A stretch of 64,000 nt of DNA from the NCBI GenBank assembly GCA_036172245.1, contig JAYWIR010000082.1:186001-250000 (forward strand), in the 5' to 3' direction. This DNA is from Raillietiella orientalis. Lineage: Eukaryota. The notes under the pieces were generated by a model that was given only the letters and a program-made list of their open reading frames with translations, did not search any database and was not told the DNA's origin. Position 1 is the stretch's first letter. Every line of letters starts with the position of its first letter. Positions 1 through 13,510 of this stretch are shown here, piece after piece. A program made the translations under genes and the position numbers.

Positions 1-46
1 CACAACGAGCAAGAGTGACCCTGCCTCAAAGACTCCCCCCACCCAC

Positions 47-263
47 CTACAGAAACAGCACTCGAAAGAGCACTCGTGCTGTAGCTCTGACCTCATTGAA
101 AGAAGAACATGGAAATGATGGAAATCTTTTCCCTGTTTTCCCGGTTTCTTTCCCAGTTTTTTTTTTCCTTTTCGGTTTTTCTTTCTCTTGAGAGGCTGAG
201 GGAGTGATCGTGGTCCCCCGCACCACTTCGGTGTGACTTCCCTATCCCGAATAGCTGGGCCAT
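47..263 (-). CDS. Candidate exon D (Lys-rich); the gene probably continues past the window start
   Basis: tttttcaaatag|AT GGC CCA...TGT AG|gtgggt is open in the phase set by exon C: NGPAIRDREVTPKWCGGPRSLPQPLKRKKNRKGKKKLGKKPGKQGK... The A-rich low complexity makes a chance open frame possible. Confidence 0.3.
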
Positions 264-561
264 CTATTTGAAAAACATGAATCAAATTATTATACTGTCA
301 TCGGCAAGGAAGGACCGATATGCGTGGGCCCGAACCCAAAGGGACTTCCTTCGCAGGGGACAGGACTAGGGAGGATTAGAGGGAGGAGAGGGGAGGACCA
401 TGGATGAGTAAAAAAATGGGGAATGGGAAGGGACCAGTCTCACGATATTTTATTTGAATCCCGAGAGTCTGCGTTTCGAGCCGGGAAAACACGGAAAGAG
501 AGAGAGAGAGCTCGCCGGTTTCGTCGGCCCAAAATCGTTCGAACGTTCCCTCGTGCCTCAC

Positions 562-762
562 TTCCCGGAATGGGCCATTCCGCCGTCCTTCGCGTGTAGG
601 AGACGATGGCGATTGCCAATGGCTCCATTTTGGTAGCTGCCGCTGCTCGCACGTCACGGAAGATCGCCCACAACGAGGCGACCGGAAAGTTCGGAGACGA
701 GGCCTCCTCTGGAAACAGGTCTTCAGCGGCGGCACCGTGGCACTGTAGTGCCAGTTGCCCGA
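562..762 (-). CDS. Candidate exon C of an unidentified multi-exon gene
   Basis: catctcag|TC GGG CAA...CCG GGA A|gtgagg encodes VGQLALQCHGAAAEDLFPEEASSPNFPVASLWAIFRDVRAAAATKMEPLAIAIVSYTRRTAEWPIPG. It is a 201-nt phase 1-1 exon after a 77-nt intron. Confidence 0.5.
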
Positions 763-839
763 CTGAGATGAGCTCCCATCCGTGACTCAGCCTCCCGCAT
801 TCCAGCAGCACGTGAGGGGCTGTCTCCACTGTCCCTCAC

Positions 840-996
840 CCTTGGGCACCCGATCCGCTGAGATGTGGTAGCGGCGTTCCTGGTTTCGAGGAAACGTCCA
901 GTGCACCGGCAAGATGGGAGGGAGGACAGAGGCTTCGACAGGCACGGGATCCCGAAGTCCTCTCAGGGAATTCCATGAATTTGGGGAGACCCTGAG
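840..996 (-). CDS. Candidate exon B of an unidentified multi-exon gene
   Basis: gttgcag|CTC AGG GTC...CCC AAG G|gtgagg encodes LRVSPNSWNSLRGLRDPVPVEASVLPPILPVHWTFPRNQERRYHISADRVPK. Phase 0 to phase 1, matching both neighbours. Confidence 0.55.
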
Positions 997-1082
997 CTGC
1001 AACTTTTGGAGAAGTCTCGTATTCTAGCTGAGAAGTTCCACTAGCCAATGGGATTGGTAACCCCGGAGATAATGCAGGTCAC

Positions 1083-1201
1083 CTCCCACTCTAATGAAGC
1101 ATCCTTTTCTTCCTGATCCCAACGATGAAATGATGGACGCCTGATGTCCTCAGTGGTCACACTGTGGAATCTGAGGAATAGACTAGCATCGTCCAGCATC
1201 C
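1083..1201 (-). CDS. Candidate exon A of an unidentified multi-exon gene
   Basis: ccttgcag|GG ATG CTG GAC...TGG GAG|gtgacc encodes MLDDASLFLRFHSVTTEDIRRPSFHRWDQEEKDASLEWE. Phase 1 to phase 0, followed by an 86-nt intron to exon B. Confidence 0.5.
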
Positions 1202-2412
1202 CTGCAAGGGGAGTCTCCTCAGACGACTGACAACGTTGCTGTTCAGGAGGGTTGCCTTTTCTTCCCGTATCCACGTTTCCAGTGATTCCTGCCTCCAATC
1301 ATTCCCGTTCAGTGAGCGCAAGATGACTATTCGTGTTCCTCCATTATCAACTCCATCTAGAGAAGCGAGTGACCCGGATCTCGACCTCTTCCGTAGTTGC
1401 GTGAGAGAACAGATGATAATCCTCCGCCGTTTCCTGAATTCTTCAGGAGAACGCGCGGAAAGAGACACAAGCGGGTGCTTCACGGCCACGCCACGAGAAC
1501 CAAGCGCCTGAGCGATGCATCTGCATCTGTTCGGGGTGTGACCGAACGACCTGGTGTAAGTAGACAGAATGTAAGCGACAGAATAAAGCTATAAAGTATG
1601 CGCGGCTTTGTCTTTTGAGATGATGCTTTCGTTTCCTTACTTTTCCTACGGCAAGGCATAGCATGATCCCACCCTTTCTATAGTATGTCCAATATTCAGG
1701 ATCGTACTCGCATTTTGCATGGCATATCTAGAATATGTGGAGTATTTTAGTTTTCATTCTGGGATTTCAAATTTGTATTCATATTTGTAATGTGATGCTG
1801 CTCGTGCAATCCAACTCGTTCTTGCTTAAACACTGGATTTCCACTCTAGAATGGGTAGCTCCCCTGTCCTTTCTGGTAGAGGAAGAAGGGAATACAATGA
1901 AACCTAGAACAGGAAAAAGGATCTTCAGAAAAAAACACTTCAAGGATATTTTAGGATTGGGTGAGGAGAGGAAGAGAAGTTCGTTTCTGAGCTGTTTCGT
2001 GAGTTGCTTTGCTACCAGAATGCACTAAAACTACCCGGATATCTATACTGGGATGCTGAAGAGAAGAGCATGCTGGAAATTGCCATGCACCAAATAGCAT
2101 TGGTACCTCATTAAGCAATGCACAAAGGGAGTTCGCGATTAGAAATTCAGGAAATGGTCATCTTACACCTCTGGTCTCTAAGAGCTTGATGGTTCTGATG
2201 ATTGCATTCCAATCTTTTAACTGCTCTATCCTATTAGCATTCTAGAAAGCATCACAATAAATGAGGCTCCACCACATTGAGGACAGTCGACGCACAATTA
2301 TAATTCTATTTCTGTATTTCTGGAGGGCAATAGGGCCGATATTGTAATGTACCCATTACAACACTTCTGTTGCATTGCTATCAAGAGCTGTCTCTAACCA
2401 AGGTCAAAAGAT

Positions 2413-3389
2413 TCATAGGAGAATGAAGAATATATCAAAGCAGAGTGTGTAGCATCCAGTATCCACCGTCTGCAATGTGTTGATAAGCACCAGTTCACCC
2501 TTTAGCAGTATCACCAAATCTACAAGAAACTCACCTGTGTGACAGTAGGTAGTTGATTTGCCATCGGCTTCATATAGTGAAATGTCTGTCGTCCGGATTC
2601 ATGACGTTTGTGATGTGTTGATTGATCTGCATCTTGCTCCGTTCTGAAGGGAGAACTGTAAACCGAGCTGCTATTTAGAACGATCCTCTGAGGGATCCGA
2701 GTAGTCCGGAAGTCGTCTGAAACTTCTAAATGGAGGAAGTAGAGAACCGAAAGATTCTCAAACGCGTCTTACGTCATGTCACATTGGAGGGAAACTCCGT
2801 TTGGCTCGATGAATGGGGAAGACATTCCGGAACTCAAAGCGGCATCTCGATAAAAAGTATCACCTGGTAAACTGCACCTGCTGCTGTCCTTGTGCAGTCT
2901 TGGAGTCTGGACTGTCCTCACTAAAGGTCGCTGAGCTTCCAAGTCCGTCGAAAAGCTTTGCAGCAGCGTTGTTCGGCAACAGGGAATATGCAAACGGATT
3001 CAGGGGAAAGAAACGATTCCCCAGTGAAAAATCGAAAGAGCTGTGAAAATCATGTCCTCGAAATTTTTGTTTAAATATTGGGAAGCCCACAGAGACATTC
3101 TAGTGATTCATAAGATAAAGGTGCTAAAGTTGTTCAGATCTTTCCCTGAGTCTTCATATTCCATTTGTGCTATCTTTATTGAACTTCTGAAAGACTTGCA
3201 AGCGAGACAGTCCTCTAAGTGTTTTCGAAAGCTGTAAATCTCCTGGAACTCCGGGGTTCCTCCAACTTCGGTTCAAGGAAAATCGTAATCGTGCCCAGCT
3301 TTCCAGATGAATAATGTTCAATGGTCACTTATCATTAGTTACCCATCTTCACTCATGGATGAATAAGACGAAGTTTCTCTCCTCCATCT
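2413..3389 (-). CDS. Second candidate exon chain (3343-3389, 2864-3040, 2535-2643, 2413-2469), unidentified product
   Basis: The splice sites ttctag|..GG|gtaact, ttttcacag|..AG|gtgata, ccttcag|..CAG|gtgagt and attgcag|..TGA are phase-compatible (0-2, 2-2, 2-0, 0-stop). Peptide: RWRRETSSYSSMSEDGSFDFSLGNRFFPLNPFAYSLLP...TEQDADQSTHHKRHESGRQTFHYMKPMANQLPTVTQTVDTGCYTLCFDIFFILL*. No family recognised. Confidence 0.3.
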
Positions 3390-6300
3390 CTAGAATTCCA
3401 AAAGAGACGGCATTAACGGATATTTAGAAACGCACTCTTCTCTATGTAATTGTTTTGAACAGACGCTTTATCGTGAGAAGAGGAACCTCTCCTCGTCCAA
3501 TTTCTGATGTTATGACGAGAGAATTTTCATTTTTCATCCAGTACTATCAGAATGAATGTCGACGAAACCGTTCTTTAAGTACGAAGCCTTTTCCGTGATG
3601 CTGATGCTCAGAAGAATCCCTTCTCTATTCGGTGATAAGATGTGAGAGTTTCAAGAATGTTCCACAACATTTGTCTTCAGTGGGACCCAATGGAGACAAA
3701 TGTCTCGATGCACCGTAATAGTCTCCTCTGTACTGCTTCGGAATTTTCAAACTCAGCAAACGACCACTCTTACCACTCAAACCAGAAAACTTCTCATACA
3801 ATTTTTTTTTCATTTTTCTCCGTTTATCTGGGCAACAGTCTTTCAGATTCAAGGTTACGAAGCATAAATGGATGTTCCATCTTATGATCGCTAGTTTTTG
3901 AAGGTACTGTTGGCATGCAACATTGACTTGAAGATCATGTTACTGAATTGACTTAGAGACCAATGGGAGGAGGAGGAAAAATTTTGCATGTTTTTGAAAT
4001 AGTATTTAAGTTCACATATAGAATAAATAATGAACGTGAGCGGTGGATCATTATTTAACCAAACATGTTTAAATTACACCTGACATCCCATATAGTATTT
4101 ATAATTGCGTCTTCGAAAGAGACATCCAGATGTTCTCATTTATGAATTCCACGAATGTGTCTAAAATATGCAAGATCAGCTATCGTATCCAAGCAAATTT
4201 CTGAAATCCCCTAATATAAAAGGAATCAAACAGATACCACATCTAAACAGTTTTGTGAGAAATAAATAAAGTGGTAACTAAATGAAGGAGGAAAACAACT
4301 AATTGGATTTATGACCTTTGAAAGTTAACATGTCTGCCTTTTAAAGAAATGAGAAGAAATAGGAAAATGATAAGTTCGGTAGTAGGTTATCTTTCTCATC
4401 CTGTTTGAAATCGTATCCTTCCTCTAGACTCAGTTGCCCCCACCATTTTTTTTTAGATAGTTCATGAAAAATCTGTGAAGCTCACGAATGAGCTGCAAAG
4501 TTCTTTTCCTTTCAACTCGGAGAGATGTCCACATTTATCATTTGAAAGTCGCATTTGTTTGACAGGTGTTATCTGAAAAGTGCTGGAGGGAATCCTCGAC
4601 CCAATTCGGCTTTAGAAAATGCAAGAGATTCAGATTACTGAGAGAGATCTGAACTCTCCGGATCTCAGTGTTTGGTGACTCGTTTTCACCGTTTGCTTTT
4701 GCCCGAAGCAGTCTTTTGAAACCTTCAACTCCCAGCAATCTTATGGTGAGACGAAAAATCTCAGAAAAACTTCCATTCGGAGAGAGCATCGTAAACACGA
4801 TTTTATGCATGGTCACTTAAATTGAATGCTTTTGGAACATTGTGATTATTAGAATCCTTTCATTCGCTTCAGATACTTGAAAAATGTGGTACTTGGTCAA
4901 CATAACTATCTAAAAATGATTCCTGAAGGACAATGAGAGAAAAAATCATTTTTAGGAAAATGCTCTTAGGGATAAATTCACACAAAGATACTATGCATTA
5001 TCAGTACGCATCCAATAGAAAGTAGAAATAGATAATAATAAAAATAGATACATCAAATAACGTTTCTCAGTAACTGCTTTTTGATAGAGGAAATTGTACC
5101 AATGAAATGGTTTTCTCCTGTTTACACAAGCGGATTCCTTGTTTATGTTAAGACAGTACTTAGTAATACTCATTGATGAGTCAGTCAAGCGCCTTGAGCA
5201 GTATTTGATGTGAACTCGAGTTGATGAAATTGTCAGTTTTTATCCCGGACTTGAGTTTGTGTAACTTGTCCGTAAAACCCTTTCTAAGTGCTTCATTATT
5301 TTGGTTCGGAACCTGTACCAGAAGAGGACTGCTACCAACCCTTGACGGGTGAGGGACTTGCACTTGGCCAGAAGAGGATTAAAAGGGCTCTGGAATACTC
5401 ATACATCCGATCCCGATGCAGTGGTTCATTAATATATACACACAGATACAGAAGCCAGTCAGCAACCAATCCCACATCTGCTGCAAGAGATGCTTACTGT
5501 CATCAGCAGGCTCCATCAGTAAAAACACTCTGAACAATAAAAGGATTTTGTTTTGAGAGTTCCTGCAACTCTTCTTTAATTTGGAATTCATCTCGTGGTC
5601 TAGATAGCTGACCGCTCTCTTGTGCATAACGCTTCATCAGCAGCCTGAATTTTAGTCGACACTGATCTCAGTCTAAAGATCTATGAAGGCATGTGTGCCA
5701 CTCAGGTGATGAATTCAAGCAATTTAACGGGAATGTAATTTCAATGGCACTCGTATAGTATGCTGATTGGGACTCATCTTCGAAAATGACTTTGGACGCC
5801 TAGCTAGTAAAAGTGAGAATGGATGAATGATTTTTACAGATGCTCCGTGAAGTTTTTCTGAGATGCATTCTGTTGCTTTGTGCACGCTGTTTTCAAATTC
5901 ATCCATTTCCCTTCGCTCGATCTTCCATGTAACTGTCTCACAGAACGCGATACACTTAATAATAGCTTTTGATGATTTTTCAGTCTATCTGAATGCCAAA
6001 GAGTAGTTCAGTTGGACTGAGTGCTTTTTAATTTAAGAGCTTCTCATCTCAACTGCACAGAACAACTGCTCCATGCCTTCAGTGCTTGCGTTTTATTGAA
6101 GTCTGATCCTCACCTCTACCATTTTCTTTTCGTGATATTCATGAATTCAGAATAAATGGAACTTTCCTAGATCGCTATTACAGGCTGGTATTATATTCTC
6201 AATACAATGAATACGACGAATTTGTACCTCATCAGGCATCCCGCAGTGATAAGTACAGAACTTGACTTGCAGAAACTCGGTGCAGATGCAAATGTGCTCG

Positions 6301-9300
6301 AGCTTAAGCAGATTCTATATCTCTCAAGAATCAATTCCGAAACTGAGTTCCCACGATTCATCTTAGCTCAAAACTTCCATGAACAGCCAGGAGACTTGGT
6401 GAGTTCTGAAATCCCGTCAGGATCGGATCTTGGCTCCCAGGCAGAGAATATGAGGGGTCAGCTCCAATAGCATACATTGAGGTTGCATTGCTGGAGGATA
6501 AGAAAAACACGAGAACAATGACGTTGGAAGGTAGTCGAAGTAATTCAGAGTCCACTGATTTAGAAATGAGTCTCCAGGAGAAACACAAGGAATTGGAAAT
6601 GAGGATTTAGAATCAGTTTGGAAGAGCTTCTTTCTATCGGTAAGTTTCGAAACGCGGGCTTCAATGCAGCTTGTGTCCCTTCGATCGTCCATCAGAGGGC
6701 AAATCATGATCTTGCCATCATAACAGCCTGCTCCAAGCTATCGCCAGTATGAATCTTGTATCTTGAGCATTGTGCAGCAGACGATTGCTAATGTTTTCTC
6801 TTATCAGTAATGCGAAACTGCTTGGATAATCGCCACATCGTTCTGTTTTTGTGGGACTCATAATGGATGGGAATCCGAGTTGGCATACAAACTAGATTTT
6901 TCGTCCAGATCTCTTGTTCGTGCTTATTCTACTCAGGACACCATAAAAGAATCAAAAATGATGGTTCCTCTGATAACACACGTGCTGAAATGGCTTCTTG
7001 AAGAAAAAGAATTATTTTTCTTCTAAGATGGAGAAAGACTCTCTGCTTAGACAGAGTTTTTCTAACTCGCATAAGATACATTGGGAGAATACAGCTGCTG
7101 GCAAATTCCCATCTCGCTACCACCACAGAACTGCTGCCATGAAATCAGCTTTTTCTAAATGAAACCATTCTTTTCACGGAAGATCCTGTTTCATGGCTGC
7201 ACTCATTATACGTGTCTCAAATGGCCCACAACACCTACTTCTAAGTTGATAGAGAAAAAGATTAGGTGTCTCAGTTTATAGGACTATCAAGGACAGAACT
7301 ATAACCACGGATTTTGCATATTGAAGAAACGTCTGAATTCTCAGACAGAGTTTCGTCAAAGCAGAGAAGAAGAGCGGGTAATAACAACAGCTTCCCAAGA
7401 TTTGCGAGATTTTATCTGTCAGCACACCGAGACTGAGGAAACTTGATGGGAAGGAAAAGTGCAGCTTCGTAGGAAATCTGAAAAGACAGCTTCCGAACTA
7501 GAAAAGAAGGAATAAATTTCTGGAAATCTATATTTCTGATAGACATAAATAAACAGAACAACGTAATCGAATTTCCGGTACCAATTGCTGCTTGTGTACC
7601 GTGGAGAAACTAAAATGGCAGGTTCTGATGCCACTTGCTGGGACCAAGGCCTTCGTGGTTTTATTTGAGTGTCAGTCGGTGATTGCTCTAAACTTGAAGA
7701 TTTCTCCTTCGCTCCCTTTATGTTACTTAGAGATTTACTTTAATGATAAGTAATAATTTTAATAGTGTCATCCGCTTCGCTTGAATAGGAAGCAGTAAGA
7801 TCAATCGAACGTACCAGACATGCCTCTGAAACAGGTCTTTTAATTTAGTGAGATTCGCGCCTGCACCAAGTGTGGGGGCCGAACCAGGATGGGTCTGAAT
7901 GACAGACTAGACAAGCACAGATCTTGAGGTGGATCCACAAGCACGGAGTCGACTCATTCTAGCCAGTGATACCAGCTTCAGGATTCACTTTCCCATCTCT
8001 GGAATCAGTCCATGATCATACTGCTTTTTCTGATCAGAATCACAGCCTCTTATGCTCAAAACGTAGACGTTCATCCTTCGGACGCTGACTCGTCCGTTGA
8101 CTTCCAAACAGAATTAAGCTGATGTGTCCTTTCCATTCAGGAACAGGGAAAAGAACGTGAGATTTCTGTTGACAATCACACGGATGATTAAGCCATGGCT
8201 TCTTGAATATTCCAGGGCACTTTCCAAGACAACGTTGCATGGTTCCATCTTTGGTTTATTGCTGATGCCCTCAGCTCTCAGTACTGCCTTTTGGCTAAGA
8301 TCAAAGTGTACGAAAGCGTGCTGAAGACGTTCTTTTGTTTACAACGTCGTTTTTCTCTATCGACTGATATCCAGGGGGTTATCAGCGCATTTTCCGGAGA
8401 TGGCATTTGAATTTTCATGTGGAAGAAAATTCACGTATCTGCGAGTTGCTTAAAATCTTAGAAAGTTTTCCTTTGTGGAGAAGGGCAGCTGCTCGGGTGA
8501 CAGATTAGTGAATTTGGTTACTGCCTAACCCATTAGGGAGATTTGAGGAGATGATAATGGATTCTCCTCATCAAGGTTAAGTTGAGAGGCGGAAGTGAAA
8601 AACGTTATTGAATTTTTACGTCGGACTCTAATTTGGAATGAGGTCTGAAATTCGGAAGCTCTTTCAAATTCATTTAAGATTCAGCTGCTGACTCCGTTGC
8701 AGTCCCAATTCAGAAAAGAAAGAAAAAAAAGTGCAAAACTTGGTAATGAACGAACAATTACTCAGTCCTTTCTCTTTAAATGAAAAAGCATTAGTTTGGT
8801 CATAGCTGTCAGGTGATCGACAGCCTCAAAGGTACCGGGCAAAGGTTGCATTCGCCTCATATGCACTTTATTATCTATCTCTAGAGTTTGGGTAATCCTT
8901 ATTCCTCTCCAAAGCTATGGAAACTTCTGTACACTAGAACAGCAAATGCTGAAACGAGCAGCAAGAAGACTTGATTTTTGCTTAGGTGTTACGTTTCAGC
9001 GCCAACATCATCTGAAAAGTGAGCAGATTTGATTCCCCCTTTCTGGCTACAACTCGCGACCCGAAGGCACTATTCATCAGAAAAGGACAAAGTCAAGGAA
9101 TGGCTTTTTATCCGATGCGGAGTAGCGAGCTTTCGAGTCGCTCTTTTTTGTCTAAGATAAAATTCCCCAGCAAAGCAGTGCGGTAAGGAGCAACATGATG
9201 TTGTCGTGAGAACCATAATGCGGTCCATGCTGGCAGAGAAAGGTCGGCAGTGTGATCCACTAGAACTTCCTACGAAATCCTGAGGATAATTAAAGGATCC

Positions 9301-12300
9301 TTGGTACGAGTGAGATTGCTTTCTTTTATCGCATGCCGTGCAGTTCCCTGGAATGCAGAAGAACCGCGTGAGAATGAGGTCGCTTTGTTATGAATGCGCA
9401 AAGTGCAGCTGGAAAAATTTCATTTGAAAGGAAGGCATCCGATCCGGGTTTTTGCTGCAGTTCTATGATTCACTGGTGTTTTCCTTACTCTGCAGCTCTC
9501 AAGAAATGCGTCGTTTACTCGTCTCAAAGAATAGCCCGGATTTTATCGAATGCATTATTTCCTCGTTGTTGGTTTGGAGGAAAGGGAGTAGAAAAGAAGG
9601 TGGTTCCAGTTTGAAGTAACTGATCGGCAGCCAAAGCGCCGTTTGGTACTCAGACAAGATGTGCTCGCGGCATGAAAGTACTTCCTCGTGTGAGGAGTTG
9701 CTCTTGGCATGCTTTCCGGAAAGATTTGTTCCTGAACGCTGAATGTCCTGAAGACATCAGAGCAGCCACACTTTCCAAATACAACTGTATTCTAGCATCG
9801 GAATGTCATATGAGCCTAGAGAGCAAAATTGTGCATGCCGAAACATGAGCGATCGATTTGAGGATCCTCTGGTTTTCAGGCAACCCCACGAAACGTTCTT
9901 CTCGAATGTGTAGTTCCAACTTTTGTACGCATGCAAAACGAGAATTTTAAATGCCAAGGATTCTCGACGAGTACGTGAGTTATTTCGCGTGTGGACATGC
10001 ACATGTGCAATACAGCAATACGACCAAGAGTTTTCATTTGAAAACTCTTGGTCGCAAAATGGCATCTTTCGAAGTAAACGACGCTCGTGTATGCCAACGC
10101 AGTATGGGTGAAGGATGTGTTTGTTTCATCATTTCAGTGACGTGTTGGAAGCTGAGTATTCGAGACCTACCCTTCATTTATGTGCACCCCAAAAGACAAT
10201 TCCTCTCGTTCCGTTTCTTTCTTTTTTTTCTCTTCCTCCTTCCCCCCCCTTCTTGCACCGTGCCATTCCGACGAGTTTGTCATTTGCCATTCAGTTGTGA
10301 TATTTAATGGAGGGAAGAGCTTTCTTCCCTCCATTAAATATCCCTTCCTCCCTCTTGGTTCTGCTTCCCCTCAAGCAGAGGAGGACACGCGCTGGACTAT
10401 CGCATCAAAAAAGAATCAGCGTGTTTGGAACACAGAGCCTCTCTGACAGCAGTCTGATGGTTAGAGACTTTCCCACTTACGCAGAAAGATGGAGCCATCA
10501 GGAAGAAAAATCGACGGTGGTGTCAGCGGTTTACTCATGCCAGGTGTCCCAAGGATATCCAAATAACAGGATCTCCGCAGCAACAGCGATCCAGCTGAGT
10601 TTGAGATGGAATCCGTCCTTGGAGTATTTTCTTTGGATTCTCTCCATACGCTCTGCCCAAATTATTCCTCTCCCCCTCTCTCCCCCCTCACACCTCCTGA
10701 AAGTTTACCATTTTCCTGGTCCATTCATATCCTTTCGATTTTCTTTACCAAGGAGGTATCGATAATGAAGGAATGCATAGAGGGTGCCACTCGAAATGAG
10801 GGCGCCTCTCAAGCCAGGTCAACAGACGCGATAACGCGCCCGAACGCAGGAATCGTCCCTTCTCTGTCCCGAAACCGAACATATCGAGGAAAACCCAACG
10901 AGTGAAGGAGGAGACTGATTTTCCCAGAGAAACCATGAATTCGAAAGTTTCTGAAAACGTGCAAGAAATGCAAGAAACGTCAGATCTGCATCAAGTCCGT
11001 TAGAGAAACTCACATGTCAATCAGTGGGCTCTCAAGAAGATTCAATTCCGCGTGTGGAGGGGGGGAGATACCAGAAACTCTTGTCGTGCTCAAAGCTTCA
11101 GGCAGAAGAGTTTAAAGAGATGTTTCGAATCTTCCAGAAGCCACAACTTTTGGGAAATGGGGAGATGGTAGAAAGGTAGAAGAGAGAACTCGACAGCATA
11201 CCTAATGGAAGAACTCTTTGGCACAAGGCAGCCTATCTAGGCTGCCCTCTCACCTCCATCTGTTCATCAGTGAGTGCATACGATCTTCAAGTCTACAAAC
11301 TTGGGAATCAGTGGATGATGACGGTGCGAATGAGCTGACGGACAAAACTATGAGTCCGGCAATCTTCCCGTGGCCTCAACGAAATCCTGACAGGACGCAA
11401 TCTCATGCCAGCGGCAATGAGTTTTGCTTGCTTGTTCCTGCAAACACATCAAATGCCAGTTCCCAGGGTGCGCCGAATCCCATCTTCCGGTCCCTGGATT
11501 AGTCAGTCATGGAATCTTCTGAAGTGTTCATCTGCCTGCTCTTACGATTTCTTTTTCTTGAGTTGCTGACTCAAATAGAATGAGATTTTCCGATGGATCG
11601 ACCAGTGAGCAATGTAACTTGCTCTCGAACTGAGCAGCTCAAGATGCTTTTAAGGTATGTCGATCTTCAACTCATTCAGACTGGCAACCACGTGGAAGGA
11701 ATCACGTTGCTTTGGGGAAAACCTTGACCTGCACCGTTCTCGGTCCCATCCATACCATTCTCATCTTGGGAACAGAAAGCACGTTCCACCTCATATCCTA
11801 TGTCGCATGGCAGGTTTCCGGATCACGAATTCTCCATGAGTTTCTCTAGTGTCGTAGACGTCGGGGATCCTGGCTGCACCGAGAATGGACGCTGCATGCT
11901 GTTGAGCAGCAGCGCCGGCCGTAGAGATCGAACGGCACTGACCTCCGTTCCTCCTTTACCACTGGACAGAGTGGGAGCACTCCAGAATTCGAAGGAAAAT
12001 GAAGCGAGGGATGTTTCTGTGCGTTCGAGGGGCGGAACTGTACTTCAGGACTGCAGTTCTTCGGGCTGCCGCTCTTTCTCTCTTCTCCAGTGAGCACCAC
12101 GATAAACGACCGGTTTCGGTCACCTTCGCCTGGCAATGTGTGACATTCATTTCCAGCGATTCCTCGAGCAAAGAATGAGAATGAAAGCTTTCGCCATCCC
12201 CTGGCATTCTCTACAAAAGGCATCCGTCTTCGGCTTGGTCGCTGGTCAGTCGCGCGTCGTCAGCGTTCTCCAGCTCAAAGAACTATCCTGATACTAAACT

Positions 12301-12822
12301 TCCCTTCTTGCCCGGAACCATCTCCTTTGATGCTTTTCCGAGTATCATTTGTTTGATGCAACAGCCTCAAGGGTAACGTTCTGCATGCTGTTCGGGAGAT
12401 GACTTCAGAATCAGTTCCCCTCCTGTATCCCTTTACTGCAGCTCGAATTCATCTGTGGAGGAGCTGTCAATTTCTTCCTTGAAGCTTTTTTCAGAAGCAT
12501 GCTGATGCAGGACGGAGCGCGGCAAGGAGACAGGCTTTCTGAATTCTCCCCTCATCAGAATACGGAGCTTTTTGACTTCTGGAATGGGATCAAAAAGCGA
12601 CATCAATCCGAAAAAGCATCTTCGGAGACAGGAATTTCTCATCTAGAGACGGAAAATCCACAGGTGCCTACCACGGGAACCCTTTAACCGAGGTCTGGCA
12701 TGCAACCCAGGAAGACTTCGGTTTGCCCTTCCCTCCCTCGGGTGAGCTTGAAGTGAATGCATTGGCATCTGCAGAGACTGTGACATTCGGTGAGGAAATA
12801 AAAGCCTGTAGTCCCGAAACCT

Positions 12823-13510
12823 GACTTAGTTACTGGAAGCAATCCGGGAGCACTAACCTACGAATCCTGGAAGGGCTCCGGAGGGAAGAGTCCGTTTCTC
12901 TTATGCTTGGTAGGGAACTCTGAAGGGGACCCTCTCCCTGGTTCTCCGAAGGGAACCTCTTCCTTATTCTCACCGAAGGGACTTCCCGAGGGAGCCACTC
13001 CATTACTTTTTCTCCCAGGGGAACCCGGAAAGGATCCGCTCTTGGAAGTTCTTTTCCGGAAAGAATGGCTCCTTGTTTCGTGCCCTGAAGAGAACCCCTA
13101 AGCGACGCTTCCGAATTTCTCTGACGGGCCGCTCCCCGAAGGGAGCAGCGCACTTCTTGACACTCTGGAGAAGTATCAACCAGATCCATGGTACTCGGTG
13201 TAGAGGAGCCCCCCACCCCCCTACGAGGAAAGGGGCGGCTTTATTTTCGCAACCGGAGGGAACTGGCTCCTTGATTCCTGGAAGGACTCCGGAGAGTCAA
13301 CTTCCAAGTCCGGGCAGTCAACGAGGCCATTTGGTTCCGGCTTTCACAAGCCGGAATCGGATGTGCTTATAAGGCCAACTAGCATCATCCTGGAGAATAC
13401 GACTAACGACGCACCCATTTCTCGGCATCCATCCTCCACGTAGGGATTCGAACCCGCAATGCTTGGTACCACTCGCGGAGACCGCAGCCACGCGGCCGCC
13501 AACTGGGACC
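12823..13510 (-). mobile_element. tRNA-derived SINE-like element, copy 1 (intact head, flanked by TSD)
   Basis: The minus-strand head GGTCCCAGTTGGCGGCCGCGTGG...GGGTTCGAATCCCTACGTGGAGGA has an A-box-like motif (13501-13488) and a B box (13454-13443). The body aligns by eye with four other copies. Flanking direct repeats lie at 12805-12822 and 13509-13526. Confidence 0.8.
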
